A stretch of 64,000 nt of DNA, taken from positions 558,001 through 622,000 of the forward strand of contig CP120457.1 in NCBI GenBank assembly GCA_034226945.1, in the 5' to 3' direction. A program made the position numbers and the translations under genes. Each line of letters begins with the position of its first letter. The stretch's first letter is position 1. The notes beneath the pieces are model-generated. The model had not been told where the DNA came from. It did no database searches and saw only the letters and a program-made list of their open reading frames with translations. Below, in pieces: positions 49,531 to 60,720 of the stretch. This DNA is from Picochlorum sp. SENEW3 (taxonomy: Eukaryota).

Positions 49531-51144
49531 TTTGGAGCTCTGAGGGTGCATGCACACTGTTGCTGATTGTATCCTATGCGTCGATGTTCGAGCCTATATC
49601 GCTATATACGCGCACGATTGTGTACATACGATCTTTAGTCAGCACTCAGTATGGCTGATGAATACCACTGCTGCTTGGGTGTCGGCAAGTTTGCTCAAGC
49701 TCAAGGGGATTGTACATACCTGGTGGGAAATGTCTGGTCTGCTGCCTTACTCTCTATAAGATCCGAATGCGAGCAATGCTCCTTCACTGCATCGTACTTG
49801 TTAATCCCGTTGTTGTATGGTTTGTAACAAGCCGTATTGTGCATTATCACGAATCACGTGCCCCCTCTGAAAGCGACAAATATTTATACGTAGCCACTGT
49901 CCATGTGTGGGTATTTACACTAGCCATTCATACCGAGAAGTGATGCTTATGGCAAGTACATTGATTCATTGGCCTGTGCCATGTTGTTATGGACCAATTT
50001 TCTCTTGTCTGTCATCTTTTCTGCTTCAACCAACGCGATGGAATGTCAATGTCTTTCATTCTCATGCTTTCTGATAGAAAGCACTCGCCACCTGATAAAC
50101 CGTAAAGGCACCAATCCCTTCCTGCACCATCAACTTTAGCGGATAAGTGAAAATAAGTGGGGCTACAGAATCGCATGGAATATGGGGTCTGCCTCCATTT
50201 TGGGTCCCAAGCCTTGGGCCCACTTAAGTGGCCAGATGAATCCTTCAAGATACTGTAGGGTGTCCATCAGATCGATCTGGAGTGTTAGAAGGCAGCATTA
50301 TTTATTGCTGGCTCAGATCGTCCAGATGACGCCAGGAGATCTCCTGGTCTATAGACCTTGCATCATTTGAATTTCACATTTGAATTTCTGAAGGGGCCGC
50401 AAATCCTCGATCGCCCATATCCCTAGCGCTTGAAGGCCATAATTCATGAATATAAAGATCATTGAAATGTCGTATACGCGCAAGCGGTGTAGAAATTCTA
50501 AAGGGGAGCAATGGTTAACTCACAATAACAGAAACAGCAAACGGCTCTTAGCAACCGAAAGAGCCCTTTCTATATAACAGAATGCATCGAAAAATAATAG
50601 ATTTCAGCGGAAAACGGTGTTAGAACGCTCTTGGAAAAGAGACCGACCAAAGAGGAAGAGAAACGAAGTGAAAGCTTTGGCTCAGGAAGTTTAGAATTTG
50701 AATGTTCATGTGTTGCACCACTCTAAGTGCTTAATGACAAAGCTACAACAAGCGAGGATGAAAGCAAGTATTCTTTGCATGGTTCAGACGACAAGAGCCA
50801 GAGTGGAGAGCCATCATAGTGAGACTAAATCTATCAACCATCCCAGGGGAAGGAGGTGGAGCAGGAGGTCGACCTCCAGACATCTGGAACAAGGATCAAG
50901 CAATTCATCATAACCATGGTTACGTCCATCTTTGATCGTCTACCGCATCTAAAGAATTTATTTGCATCTACTGTAATCTATTGCGCACTGTTTCCAACAA
51001 AGATCGGCCAGGTATCCAATTTTGGGATTCGTAAATATTTGCAGGATAAGAAAAGGAGAGAAAATCCTGAAATCACGAAAAGTTAGCGGCGGTAAGGGTA
51101 AATATACAGACAGTTTAGATGCAGAGAATGGCTCAGAATGATGG

Positions 51145-52179
51145 TCAATCAATACAGTTGTACTGCTTGCCAAGGTTCAGAGCGGACTGGTAATCTCCTG
51201 GACGCCCATAGTTCACGCACCCATCCCACAAAGGATGGTTGAATAAAATCCTATATTGTCGGAACTTTTCGCAAATACAAGAGGTTTGTGAAACGTCCAT
51301 GGCAGAGGGTCCAATTTCTAGACACCAGTTAACCCCTGATATAAGATAGTTGCAGGAAAACCCTAAAATACCACTACTATCGCTTGTCACGTCTCCCGTT
51401 GTCCCCATATCCATGACAATGGTTGCTCCGCTGTGTCCAGGTACCCCATCATCACCCTCGCTCATCAGTTTTCTGCGGCGATTACCGTCCGACAAGAGCA
51501 AAGGACTGTAATTATTGTCGCCTTCATCAGAAATCTTGTACACTCCCGACTGGTTCATAAAGAGGGTCGTGCCGTCCACGGTGTTGACCTCCAATGTGCC
51601 TGTGCTGGGAAATGCCGTCATCTTGCCAACCTTGTACACGGTAGTCTTGCCACCGTCGACGGTAGGAATGACCACCGAGTGCGCTTTGCTCAGTGATGAT
51701 GGGAAATTAAGCATGCTCAGTAGCTCTGGACCAACCGTCACCGTTTGTTGGGCGGTCCCAGTGGCCATGACATCCCCAGAAGACGAGGACACCAGCACAC
51801 CGTTGTCGTTCTTCACCTCCTTGCTCAGGTCGATGATGGCATATACCGTGCCGCACAGCGTGGCCACCAGCACCAGCACCGCCGCGAACAGAGCGATCAG
51901 GATGTTGCGGAACAGCTTGCGATCTGAGACCGCCTGCATCTCTGTGCGAATCACCTCAATGAGCTCGTCCACAGACAGAGCGCCATCGTGATCCACATCC
52001 GCCTGCCGGATACGCTCAGCCACTTTGGGGGATAAGCCCTTCATGCTGCAAGAACGCAACAGGGCATCCACATCCACCACGACATTGCCATGCTCGTTTG
52101 ACAAGGTGGGCGAGGTGGGGAATGATTTTAGTCCAACTTCTACGGGGACATCGCCATGTCCATTGTCTTCGTTTCCCAT
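51145..52179 (-). CDS. Family B copy 2 (inverted, divergent)
   Basis: EF loop DVDHDGALSVDE, the same TM, RRRKLM, and a different 6-Cys C-terminal peptide. ATG at 52179. Confidence 0.85.
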   Translation of the reverse strand: MGNEDNGHGDVPVEVGLKSFPTSPTLSNEHGNVVVDVDALLRSCSMKGLSPKVAERIRQADVDHDGALSVDELIEVIRTEMQAVSDRKLFRNILIALFAAVLVLVATLCGTVYAIIDLSKEVKNDNGVLVSSSSGDVMATGTAQQTVTVGPELLSMLNFPSSLSKAHSVVIPTVDGGKTTVYKVGKMTAFPSTGTLEVNTVDGTTLFMNQSGVYKISDEGDNNYSPLLLSDGNRRRKLMSEGDDGVPGHSGATIVMDMGTTGDVTSDSSGILGFSCNYLISGVNWCLEIGPSAMDVSQTSCICEKFRQYRILFNHPLWDGCVNYGRPGDYQSALNLGKQYNCID

Positions 52180-52782
52180 CTTCTTCGTTGCGTTGTGCTG
52201 TCTAGCGTGTCCTGTCTGCTGGATGTTTGTGTTGTAGTTTTTCACGTTCCCTTGTCCTGGATGGCCGACCGTGCGAACGCGAGAATTTCTGCACAACAGG
52301 AAGGTCACCGTGAAATACGCGCATAAAAGATAGACCTATGAAAGAATTGGCGACTTGCGTGCCAAACCTTTGGTACAGCGCGATGCAGGCCATGGCCACG
52401 TGCACAGCGGCAGCTCGAAAGAACTCACCTTTCCAGGGAAGTCGCGGTTCACTGCCACGAAAGTAAGATCCTTTTTTGTGTATTATAGTTGATTTTTTTT
52501 TCGTATGAGGTCAGGACCAAGCAGTGCTGGCTGAATGCGTAATCTTCCCGGGTCGAGGGGATGACGCAAAGGCCCACAGGCCGGAGTTCGAGTAACGTAA
52601 CCTTGTCATGTTGGTCGGACATGCCTGTCCAAACAGACCTTTCATGGGAGAATCGTGAGGTTCTGCGAACGTGCCCTACTAGCGGCGAAGAAGAAGAGCA
52701 AACTGTCAGAGTTGTGGTGAAGACTCCCATCAAACCAATCATGATTTTGTCTTCAAATTAGTATAGGTATTATTATCATTAG

Positions 52783-53538
52783 ATGATGATGCGTGTCGGC
52801 GAGATGGGGTTGTTCTGTGCTGCTCTCGCACTCGTGGTGCGAGGCTCACAGGCGGATTGCTGCTATCATTATTCCTACTCCATTTTTATTTGCCCGAAAA
52901 GTTCATTTCCACGCCGAGGTAGTATGTGCATATCCGAGTGGTCTGTCTGCCTGGACTGCACAAAAACCAACTATTGGTACTGTGGGAAGGGACCATGCAA
53001 CATATTTGGGTGCAACTGTGACGGAGGGTGTCGCGAAAGGCCAGTTGGAGAGACAGGCAAACCTCAGGAATATTGCGCCAGGCACGGCCTTCCACCTACA
53101 AACATGAAGAGCAAGCGACTCCTGATGGCGTCAGATAGCAAGATGTCTTCGAGTGACGCAGCCCTGATGATGACTGACAACTCCACAGCCTCACCTTACA
53201 GTGCTTCCACACAGGCCTGCCTGGATGGCGTGGTGGCCAAGTACAACGCCTCCTCTCTCACTGAGCCCCGGCAGATCAAGGACTGGCTTGGCTGTTTTGA
53301 CGCCGATGCAAACAGCATGCTCTCCTTGGACGAGATCTGCTCCACCCTCAACTGCACCGCATTGGGCATGACAGCAGACCAGATCATGTCACAGATAGAT
53401 ACTGATGGTGATGGCATCGTGAGCATGTCAGAGTTTGACAGCGACCTGCAGGGATTTGAGACCAGCAATGCTCGGTCTGTGCTGCTTGTCAGCTGGAGTT
53501 TGATGGGCTCATGGCTGGTGACCCTGGTGGCATGGTGA
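52783..53538 (+). CDS. Family A copy 2 (inverted, divergent)
   Basis: Signal peptide; 12-Cys domain with YCGKGPCNIFGCNCDGGC; KSKRLL; two EF-hands; hydrophobic tail. Confidence 0.85.
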   Translation: MMMRVGEMGLFCAALALVVRGSQADCCYHYSYSIFICPKSSFPRRGSMCISEWSVCLDCTKTNYWYCGKGPCNIFGCNCDGGCRERPVGETGKPQEYCARHGLPPTNMKSKRLLMASDSKMSSSDAALMMTDNSTASPYSASTQACLDGVVAKYNASSLTEPRQIKDWLGCFDADANSMLSLDEICSTLNCTALGMTADQIMSQIDTDGDGIVSMSEFDSDLQGFETSNARSVLLVSWSLMGSWLVTLVAW

Positions 53539-53996
53539 CTATGCGGCACAGCGGACCTGTGCTGTGTTTGGTGTTCGCCAAGCATGCTGCTTTCTCATCC
53601 ATAGATGGATGGACATCTGTCTCATTGAGACAGTCACAAGGAAGGTGTGGAACAAACCGGTTTTAGGTGAGACCATCCTCACATATCCTCTGAGAATACC
53701 ATTTCAACACATTTTCTCAACTTCAGAAGGTTCTGCATCCCTATGATGATGGTGCACGTAGCTCCTTCAATTTCTCAAACTTTCATATGATAAAATACAT
53801 GCATGTAAGGATTTCGTCCTGTGGAACTTGAACGATTTGGAGGATATTCGTCATATTTTTCGCCAGTCTCGTACTACTTCCTTTAGAGAAAGAAAAATCT
53901 CCTCATCTAGGCAATAAAAAATAGGAAAATTTAAGAGAATCAAGGACTGTGGCAGATTGTCTTCCTCGCCTTTCTGTGTACAGGGTCGCTGGAAAC

Positions 53997-54890
53997 ATGG
54001 AGAAGGCTACCCAGTCTACCCACAGACACGCAGCCTTGGTCCCAGCAGCAGAAGAAAACGCTGTGGATCTAGCAACGAAACATGCGGGAAGGAAGGTATG
54101 GTTGATCAAGGTACCAGAATTTGTAGCCAAGGAGTGGAGGCGTGCCTGTCACGACACGACATCCTCTGCCCCCAGAAAACCTTCTCAGCAGGATGATCCC
54201 GCCGATGATAATGGTCTCACAACAGAAGACCAACAACATAAACAAAAACCGGACAGAACCACGGCGACGATGCGGCAGCAAGGCGAGTCTCCCGTCATCT
54301 TGGGCACATTGTCCATTGGGCAGGGTGTCACCTTGCGTTTATCTGATTCGTTCGAGGGGACCAAGGAGCTTCCAAAGGAATACAACCTCGTGAATAATGC
54401 TCGAGCTGGGCCATCCATGATGGTCTTCTCGGACGATGGGGATGGACTGTACAGGTCTGTTGAAGGTATTGTCCAACACCGGTTGGATGTGAATGCTCGT
54501 GATATTCAGGATGCGTATCGGCGGGTGTCGAGGGAGCGATTTAAACGAGAAGCGGAAGGAGGGTCTCGGAAGAAGCGCACGGTCAAGATGATGACGGATA
54601 GTAAGATTATTGATATTAGAAAGCCAGTGGGGGCTGTGCAGAAGAAGAAAGAGCGCAAGGATACCTTGTTATTAGAGAAGCGGGTTGCCATGGATAAAAA
54701 GGAATTGCTTCCTGTTTTATTTCGGTTGTTCCAGAGACAATCTCAATGGACGTTTACGCAGTTGCAAAAGGAGACGAATCAGCCAACCCAGCATTTGAAG
54801 ATTGTGTTGGGGGAGATTGCAATGCAGAATAAGGCTGGCCCATACAAGGACATGTGGGAATTAAGCAAGGAGAGCAAAGTGCATGTGTAA
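53997..54890 (+). CDS. GTF2F2: Transcription initiation factor IIF beta subunit (RAP30)
   Basis: Motifs KVWLIKVPEFVAKEW and LPKEY, plus the winged-helix LF.LF....WT..QL...TNQP...LK.VL.EI...NK.GP....WEL. Confidence 0.9.
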   Translation: MEKATQSTHRHAALVPAAEENAVDLATKHAGRKVWLIKVPEFVAKEWRRACHDTTSSAPRKPSQQDDPADDNGLTTEDQQHKQKPDRTTATMRQQGESPVILGTLSIGQGVTLRLSDSFEGTKELPKEYNLVNNARAGPSMMVFSDDGDGLYRSVEGIVQHRLDVNARDIQDAYRRVSRERFKREAEGGSRKKRTVKMMTDSKIIDIRKPVGAVQKKKERKDTLLLEKRVAMDKKELLPVLFRLFQRQSQWTFTQLQKETNQPTQHLKIVLGEIAMQNKAGPYKDMWELSKESKVHV

Positions 54891-54999
54891 TAATTATTTG
54901 GTATGTATGTAATATCGTAGTCGTAGTAGGTATATGGATGATGCCGGACATGATGGTAGCGAGGCTACCAGGAATTCGACAAGGAGGCCTTTGGGGAGA

Positions 55000-55162
55000 C
55001 TGACTGCCGCCAACACAGCAGAATAATACATCAAAACTGTCAGTATATGAATCATCATGATATGAAAATACCCACAACAAAGCTCAAACCCTCTATATCA
55101 TACACGAGTCGTGAGAAGAAACACCAAACCGGTACAAAGAGAACAACACAGTGGTGCTGATG
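55000..55162 (-). pseudogene. Duplicated 5' fragment and upstream region of the VPS13-like gene (also ~58152-58314 and ~61306-61468)
   Basis: Matches ~44096-44256 (ccgccaacacagcagaataatacatcaaaact...cacagtggtgctgatg). Confidence 0.85.
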
Positions 55163-55305
55163 GGATCTCATTGCCATCCACCCTATATACACATCAAGGA
55201 GGACCGGACAGGTCGTGCATCACCCGGCACTAGATCAAAGTGATTCAAAACCTGGAAACGAGGCATACCTGCAAAAGAGCATGCTCGGAGGCAATCTGAA
55301 AACCA

Positions 55306-56025
55306 TCAGAGGTGCCATGATGCCATGGAGACCAGGGCCACCATCCACAGTCCCACCAAGCTCTGTGAGCCTAGCACAGGAGGAACATTGCTGGTCTCGC
55401 TATTCTGCAGATCGCTGTCAAATTCCGACATGCTCACGCGGCCATCACCGTCAGCGTCCATTTGGGACATGATCTGGTCTGCTGTCATGCCCACTGCAGT
55501 GCAGTTGAGGGTGGAGCAGATCTCGCCGGATGTCAGCACGCTGTTTGCATCGGTATCAAAGCATCCGAGCCAGTCCTTGATCTGCTGGGGCTCGGTCAGA
55601 GACGAGGCGTTATACTTGGCCACCACGCCATTCAGGCAAGTCTGTGTGGAGGCTCTGAAAGGTGAGGCTGTGGTGCTGTCAGCCATCGTATCAGTGATGG
55701 ACCCTTGGGAATTTGACGCCAACAACTGCCTTCTCCGTTGCCTGATCCCATACTTTTCGCAGTACTCCTGAGGACGGCCTCTTACTACCCAATGGCTTTG
55801 ACGACACCCTCCGGCACAGTTGCATCCGAAGATATTACACGATCCCTTCCCGCAGTACCACCCTGAAACTCTTGTGCAATCACGACAGATAAACTGGCAA
55901 GATTCAATAAGGTCGTCACAACCGAACGGATATTCATAAGGTCTGCAGCAGTCTGCGCGGCAGTGCTTCACTGCAGCGAGTGCGAGAACAGCACAAAACA
56001 GCCACGTATCACTGAGACGCATCAT
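55306..56025 (-). CDS. Family A copy 3
   Basis: Near-identical to A1 except in two loops of the Cys domain (PFGCDDLIESCQF; SHWVVRGRP). Confidence 0.85.
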   Translation of the reverse strand: MMRLSDTWLFCAVLALAAVKHCRADCCRPYEYPFGCDDLIESCQFICRDCTRVSGWYCGKGSCNIFGCNCAGGCRQSHWVVRGRPQEYCEKYGIRQRRRQLLASNSQGSITDTMADSTTASPFRASTQTCLNGVVAKYNASSLTEPQQIKDWLGCFDTDANSVLTSGEICSTLNCTAVGMTADQIMSQMDADGDGRVSMSEFDSDLQNSETSNVPPVLGSQSLVGLWMVALVSMASWHL

Positions 56026-56644
56026 GTGATCAGATTTATCTTCTTTTTCTTCTTTTCAAAAACAAATACCCTTGAATTTGTATTTTTTGACCCGGCTTTT
56101 GTGGGGCCGGTTCGCAGGTTGTGCTTCGCCAAAGGGATTGTGGAGGGGCAATCCCTTCGTATGGGAGGCCCGATCGGATGGACGCAAAGGTAGGCAAGGT
56201 TACGTCACTAGACGTCCGTCATCTCATCCGGCCTTCCATCGAGCCGGATCGATTGGCAGGAATCTTGCACGAGGGCACGCCAGCAACCCTGGCGCGGAAT
56301 ATTGTTATTGAAAAGATAGACTATATATTTGCTTTCCAGTTTTGTTCTGGGCAAATAAGCCATCCATAAAGGCGCGTTCTTTGATGTGCCGTTACGCACG
56401 TAGGCGTGTGGTAGTGTCGTTGAGCAGCAACTGGACCTAATCATCGGGGTATTATTGCTGTCTTTTGTTTCAAATATAATATATACATGATAGTAATTGA
56501 TTGCTTCGTCGCTTGTGATTGCAGATTCTCGGTCACTCGCACCGTCTGCAATACAACCAAGGGTGAGAAGAACATTGAGAAAAGGACACCGCGGCAGAGA
56601 TCAGGCATTGGCCCCTGGACCAGACGATTCGACAGTGGTACGAT

Positions 56645-57598
56645 ATGAGCAGTCCCTACCCGGCACAAGGTGATGGCGATAAGGATGGGCCCACGCCTGG
56701 ACTGGGAAAGTCCTCCCCCAGGCCGCCCCCAGTGGCATACGAGAAGGGTGATACCGTGGTGGACGTGGAGTCATTGCTCCGCTCCTGCAGCGCCAAGGGC
56801 CTGTCTGAAAAGCTGACTGACCGCATCCGGGAGGCGGATGTGGACCGGGACGGTGTGCTGTCTGTGGACGAGCTTGTGGAGGTGATGCGGCGTGAGATGC
56901 AGGCGGTGTCCGACCGCAAGCTGTTCCGCAACATCCTGATTGCCCTATTCGTGGCGGTGCTGGTGCTGATTGCAACTCTATGTGGCACAGTGTATGCTAT
57001 CGTGGACTTGAGCAAGGAGGTGAAGAATGACAATGGGGTGCTGGTATCCTCGTCCTCTGGTGATGTCATGTCAACAGGCTCTGCCCAGCAGACGGTGACG
57101 GTTGGTCCAGAGCTGCTGGCTCTGCTCGACTTCCCCGAATCCCTCAGCAATGTTCACTCATTGGTTATTCCTGCCATGGAAGGTGATGAGACGACGGTGT
57201 ACAAGACTGCGAAACTCATCTCGTCGCCTGGCACAGGTTCCATGAATATTGCCACAGTGGACGGCACACTGCTGCTCATGAACCAGTCTGGCGTGTACGA
57301 GCGCTCCGAGTCCGATGGATACGTCCCTATATTTGAAATGTCTGATCGCCGCCGTAAGCTGCTGATCGACAGAGTCGAGGGACCAGGTTCCCAAGGAGCA
57401 CCAAGTGTGGTTGTGAGCATGGCATCTGGTCCTGTACGCCCCAGATACAGATGGGGCCCATGCCTCTATAGAGGGTTTAAGGCTCTTTGTTATAAATCGT
57501 GCTATCGTCGTTACGATTGGAACACCGTTGAGGTCAGTGATTGTCAGGGGCGATGTGATAAAAAATATGATTGTGGCCTCGACAGTACTTTGCAGTAA
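56645..57598 (+). CDS. Family B copy 3
   Basis: EF-hand, TM, RRRKLL, and C-terminal C...CYKSC...CQGRC...C. Confidence 0.85.
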   Translation: MSSPYPAQGDGDKDGPTPGLGKSSPRPPPVAYEKGDTVVDVESLLRSCSAKGLSEKLTDRIREADVDRDGVLSVDELVEVMRREMQAVSDRKLFRNILIALFVAVLVLIATLCGTVYAIVDLSKEVKNDNGVLVSSSSGDVMSTGSAQQTVTVGPELLALLDFPESLSNVHSLVIPAMEGDETTVYKTAKLISSPGTGSMNIATVDGTLLLMNQSGVYERSESDGYVPIFEMSDRRRKLLIDRVEGPGSQGAPSVVVSMASGPVRPRYRWGPCLYRGFKALCYKSCYRRYDWNTVEVSDCQGRCDKKYDCGLDSTLQ

Positions 57599-57931
57599 TC
57601 AACAGCAACAAGTGCATACAGACTGCGCAGGGCATGCTGTTGGTTGTGAAGACATCATCCAAGCAGGAATGCAATCAATTGCAGCGCACCCAAACCGAAA
57701 ATATTAACAATACCAAATACTGATACTAGTGGGTATTGTTAAATAATACTTGTACAGATATGAAACATTGGTACATGAAATTGCTTGTATTCTCTGAAAT
57801 GCCATCAACATGGATGGATGCCACAAAGGGCATGTTTGATGCTAAAAAACACTGGCCAAACTAATCAATCCAGAACCAGGACACAATCCAACCAATGCTC
57901 ATTGTAATCAAAATATAGCAGAACCACCAAG

Positions 57932-58036
57932 CAACCCAGCATTTGAAGAGTGTTGGGGGAGATTGCAATGCAGAATAAGGCTGGCCCATACAAGGACATG
58001 TGGGAACTAAGCAAGGAAAGCAAAGTGCACGTGTAA
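57932..58036 (+). pseudogene. Duplicated 3' fragment of the TFIIF beta gene (second copy at 61098-61202)
   Basis: Matches 54784-54890 (...cagaataaggctggcccatacaaggacatgtggg...gtgtaa) with small indels. Confidence 0.85.
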
Positions 58037-58457
58037 TAATTATTTGGTATGTATGTAATATCGTAGCAGTAGTAGTAGTAGGTATATGGATGATGCTGGA
58101 CATGATGGTAGCGAGGCTACCAGGAATTCGACAAGGAGGCCTTTGGGGAGACTGACTACCGCCAACACAGCAGAATAATACATCAAAACTATCAGTATAT
58201 GAATCATGATGATATGAATATACCCACACAAAAGCTCAGACCCTCTATATCATATACGAGTCGTGAGAAGAAACACCAAACCGGTACAAAGAGAACAACA
58301 CAGTGGTGCTGATGGGATCTCATTGCCATGCACCCTATATGCACATCGAGGAGAACCGGATAGGTCGTGCATCACCCGGCACTAGATCAAAGTGATCCAA
58401 AACATGGAAACGAGGCATACCTGCAAAAGAGCATGCTCAGAAGCAATCTGAAAACCA

Positions 58458-59186
58458 TCAGAGGTGCCATGATGCCATGGAGACCAGGGCCACCATGCAC
58501 AGTCCCACCAAGCTCCATGATCCCAGCACAGGAGGAGCATTGCTGGTCTCGCTATTCTGCAGATCGCTGTCAAATTCCGACATGGTCACGCGGCCATCAC
58601 CATCAGCGTCCATTTGGGACATGATCTGGTCTGCTGTCATGCCCACTGCAGTGCAGTTGAGGGTGGAGCAGATCTCGCCGGATGTCAGCACGCTGTTTGC
58701 ATCGGTATCAAAGCATCCGAGCCAGTCCTTGATCTGCTGGGGCTCGGTCAGAGACGAGGCGTTATACTTGGCCACCACGCCATTCAGGCAAGTCTGTGTG
58801 GAGGCTCTGAAAGGTGAGGCTGTGGTGCTGTCAGCCATCGTATCAGTGATGGACCCTTGGGAATTTGACGCCAACAACTGCCTTCTCCGTTGCCTGATCC
58901 CATACTTTTCGCAGTACTCCTGAGGACGGCGAAAAGTTTCTCCCCCAGGGCTTTGACGACACCCTCCGGCACAGTTGCATCCGAAGATATTACACGATCC
59001 CTTCCCGCAGTACCACCCTGAAACTCTTGTGCAATCACGACAGATTTTCTTGCAGGATGGAATACGTGGGGGATATAGACAACGTAACGGATATTCATAA
59101 GGTTTGCAGCAGTCTGCGCGGCAGTGCTTCACTGCAGCGAGTGCGAGAACTGCACACAACAGCCACGTATCACTGAGACGCATCAT
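58458..59186 (-). CDS. Family A copy 4
   Basis: Near-identical to A1, with variable loop CLYPPRIPSC. Confidence 0.85.
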   Translation of the reverse strand: MMRLSDTWLLCAVLALAAVKHCRADCCKPYEYPLRCLYPPRIPSCKKICRDCTRVSGWYCGKGSCNIFGCNCAGGCRQSPGGETFRRPQEYCEKYGIRQRRRQLLASNSQGSITDTMADSTTASPFRASTQTCLNGVVAKYNASSLTEPQQIKDWLGCFDTDANSVLTSGEICSTLNCTAVGMTADQIMSQMDADGDGRVTMSEFDSDLQNSETSNAPPVLGSWSLVGLCMVALVSMASWHL

Positions 59187-59814
59187 GTGATCGAATTTAT
59201 CTTCTTTTCAAAAACAGATGATTGAATTTGTATTTTTTGACCCGGCTTTTGTGGGGCCGGTTCGCAGGTTGTGCTTCGCCTAGATAAGGGATTGTGGAGG
59301 GGCAATCCCTTCGTATGGGAGGCCCGATGGGATGGACGCAAAGATAGGCTAGGTTACGTCACTAGACGTCCGTCATCTGATCGGGCCTTCCATCGAGCCG
59401 GATCGATTGGCAGGAATCTTGCACGAGGGCACGCCAGCAAACCCTGGCGCGGAATATTGTTATTGAAAAGATAGACTATATATTTGTTTTCCAATTTTGT
59501 TGTGGGCAAACAAGCCATCCATAAAGGCGCGTTCTTTGATGTGTGTCGTTACGCACGCAGGCGTGTGGGCTTCTGTCCTGGTAGTGTTGTTGAGCAGCAA
59601 GTGGACCCCATCATTGGGGTATTATTGCTATCTTTTGTTTCAAATATAATATATACATGATAGTAATTGATTGCTTCGTCGCTTGTGATTGCAGATTCTC
59701 GGTCACTCGCACCGTCTGCAATACAACCAAGGGTGAGAAGAACATTGAGAAAAGGACACCGCGGCAGAGATCAGGCATCGGCTCTTCGACCAGAAGATTC
59801 GACAGTGATACGAT
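59187..59814. promoter_or_regulatory. Putative bidirectional promoter between A and B (homologs at 56026-56644; split at 45599-45847 + ~48137-48588)
   Basis: Conserved ~620 bp spacer between divergent start codons. It contains ttacgtca (TGACGTAA on the opposite strand, CRE/bZIP-like). Confidence 0.6.
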
Positions 59815-60720
59815 ATGAGCAGTCCCTACCCGGCACAAGGTGATGGCGATAAGGATGGGCCCACGCCTGGACTGGGAAAGTCCTCCCCCAGGCCGGCCCT
59901 AGTGGCATATGAGAAGGGTGATACTGTGGTGGACGTGGAGTCATTGCTCCGCTCCTGCAGCGCCAAGGGCCTGTCTTCAAAGCTGACTGACCGCATCCGG
60001 GAGGCGGATGTGGACCGGGACGGTGTGCTGTCTGTGGACGAGCTTGTGGAGGTGATGCGGCGCGAGATGCAGGCGGTGTCCGACCGGAAGCTGTTCCGCA
60101 ACATCCTGATTGCCCTATTCGTGGCGGTGCTGGTGCTGATTGCAACTCTATGTGGAACAGTGTATGCGATCGTGGACTTGAGCAAGGAGGTGAAGAACGA
60201 CAATGGGGTGCTGGTATCCTCGTCCTCTGGTGACGTGATGGCCACAGGGACAGCCCAGCAAACGGTGACGGTTGGTCCAGAGCTGCTGGCTCTGCTCGAC
60301 TTCCCCGAATCCCTCAGTAATGTTCACTCACTGGTCATTTCTGCCATTGGAGGCGATGAGACGACGGTGTACAAGATTGCGAAACTCATCTCGTCGCCTG
60401 GCACAGGTTCCATGAATATTGCCACAGTGGACGGCACAATGCTGCTCGTGAACCAGTCTGGCGTGTACGAGCGCTCCGAGCCCGATGAATACATGCCTGT
60501 ATTTGAAATGTCTGATAGCCGTCGTAAGCTGCTGATCGACAGTGTCGAGCGACCAGGTTCCCAAGGAGCTCCAAGTGTGGTTGTGAGCGTGGGATCTGGT
60601 CCCATAACACCCAGATACAGCCCATGCGTCAATTGTTATAAAGCGTGCTATGATAATTACGGAAACGCTGTTGATGTCAGTGATTGTCACGGGCGATGTC
60701 GTAAAACACATTATTGTTGA
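59815..60720 (+). CDS. Family B copy 4
   Basis: EF-hand, TM, SRRKLL, and C-terminal CVNCYKAC...CHGRC...C. Confidence 0.85.
   Translation: MSSPYPAQGDGDKDGPTPGLGKSSPRPALVAYEKGDTVVDVESLLRSCSAKGLSSKLTDRIREADVDRDGVLSVDELVEVMRREMQAVSDRKLFRNILIALFVAVLVLIATLCGTVYAIVDLSKEVKNDNGVLVSSSSGDVMATGTAQQTVTVGPELLALLDFPESLSNVHSLVISAIGGDETTVYKIAKLISSPGTGSMNIATVDGTMLLVNQSGVYERSEPDEYMPVFEMSDSRRKLLIDSVERPGSQGAPSVVVSVGSGPITPRYSPCVNCYKACYDNYGNAVDVSDCHGRCRKTHYC

Noticed and set aside
49550..51140. 1.6 kb spacer between B1 and B2 with several short ORFs (possible decayed gene or transposon)
   Set aside because: No recognisable domain, terminal repeats or similarity to other parts of the window were visible by eye.
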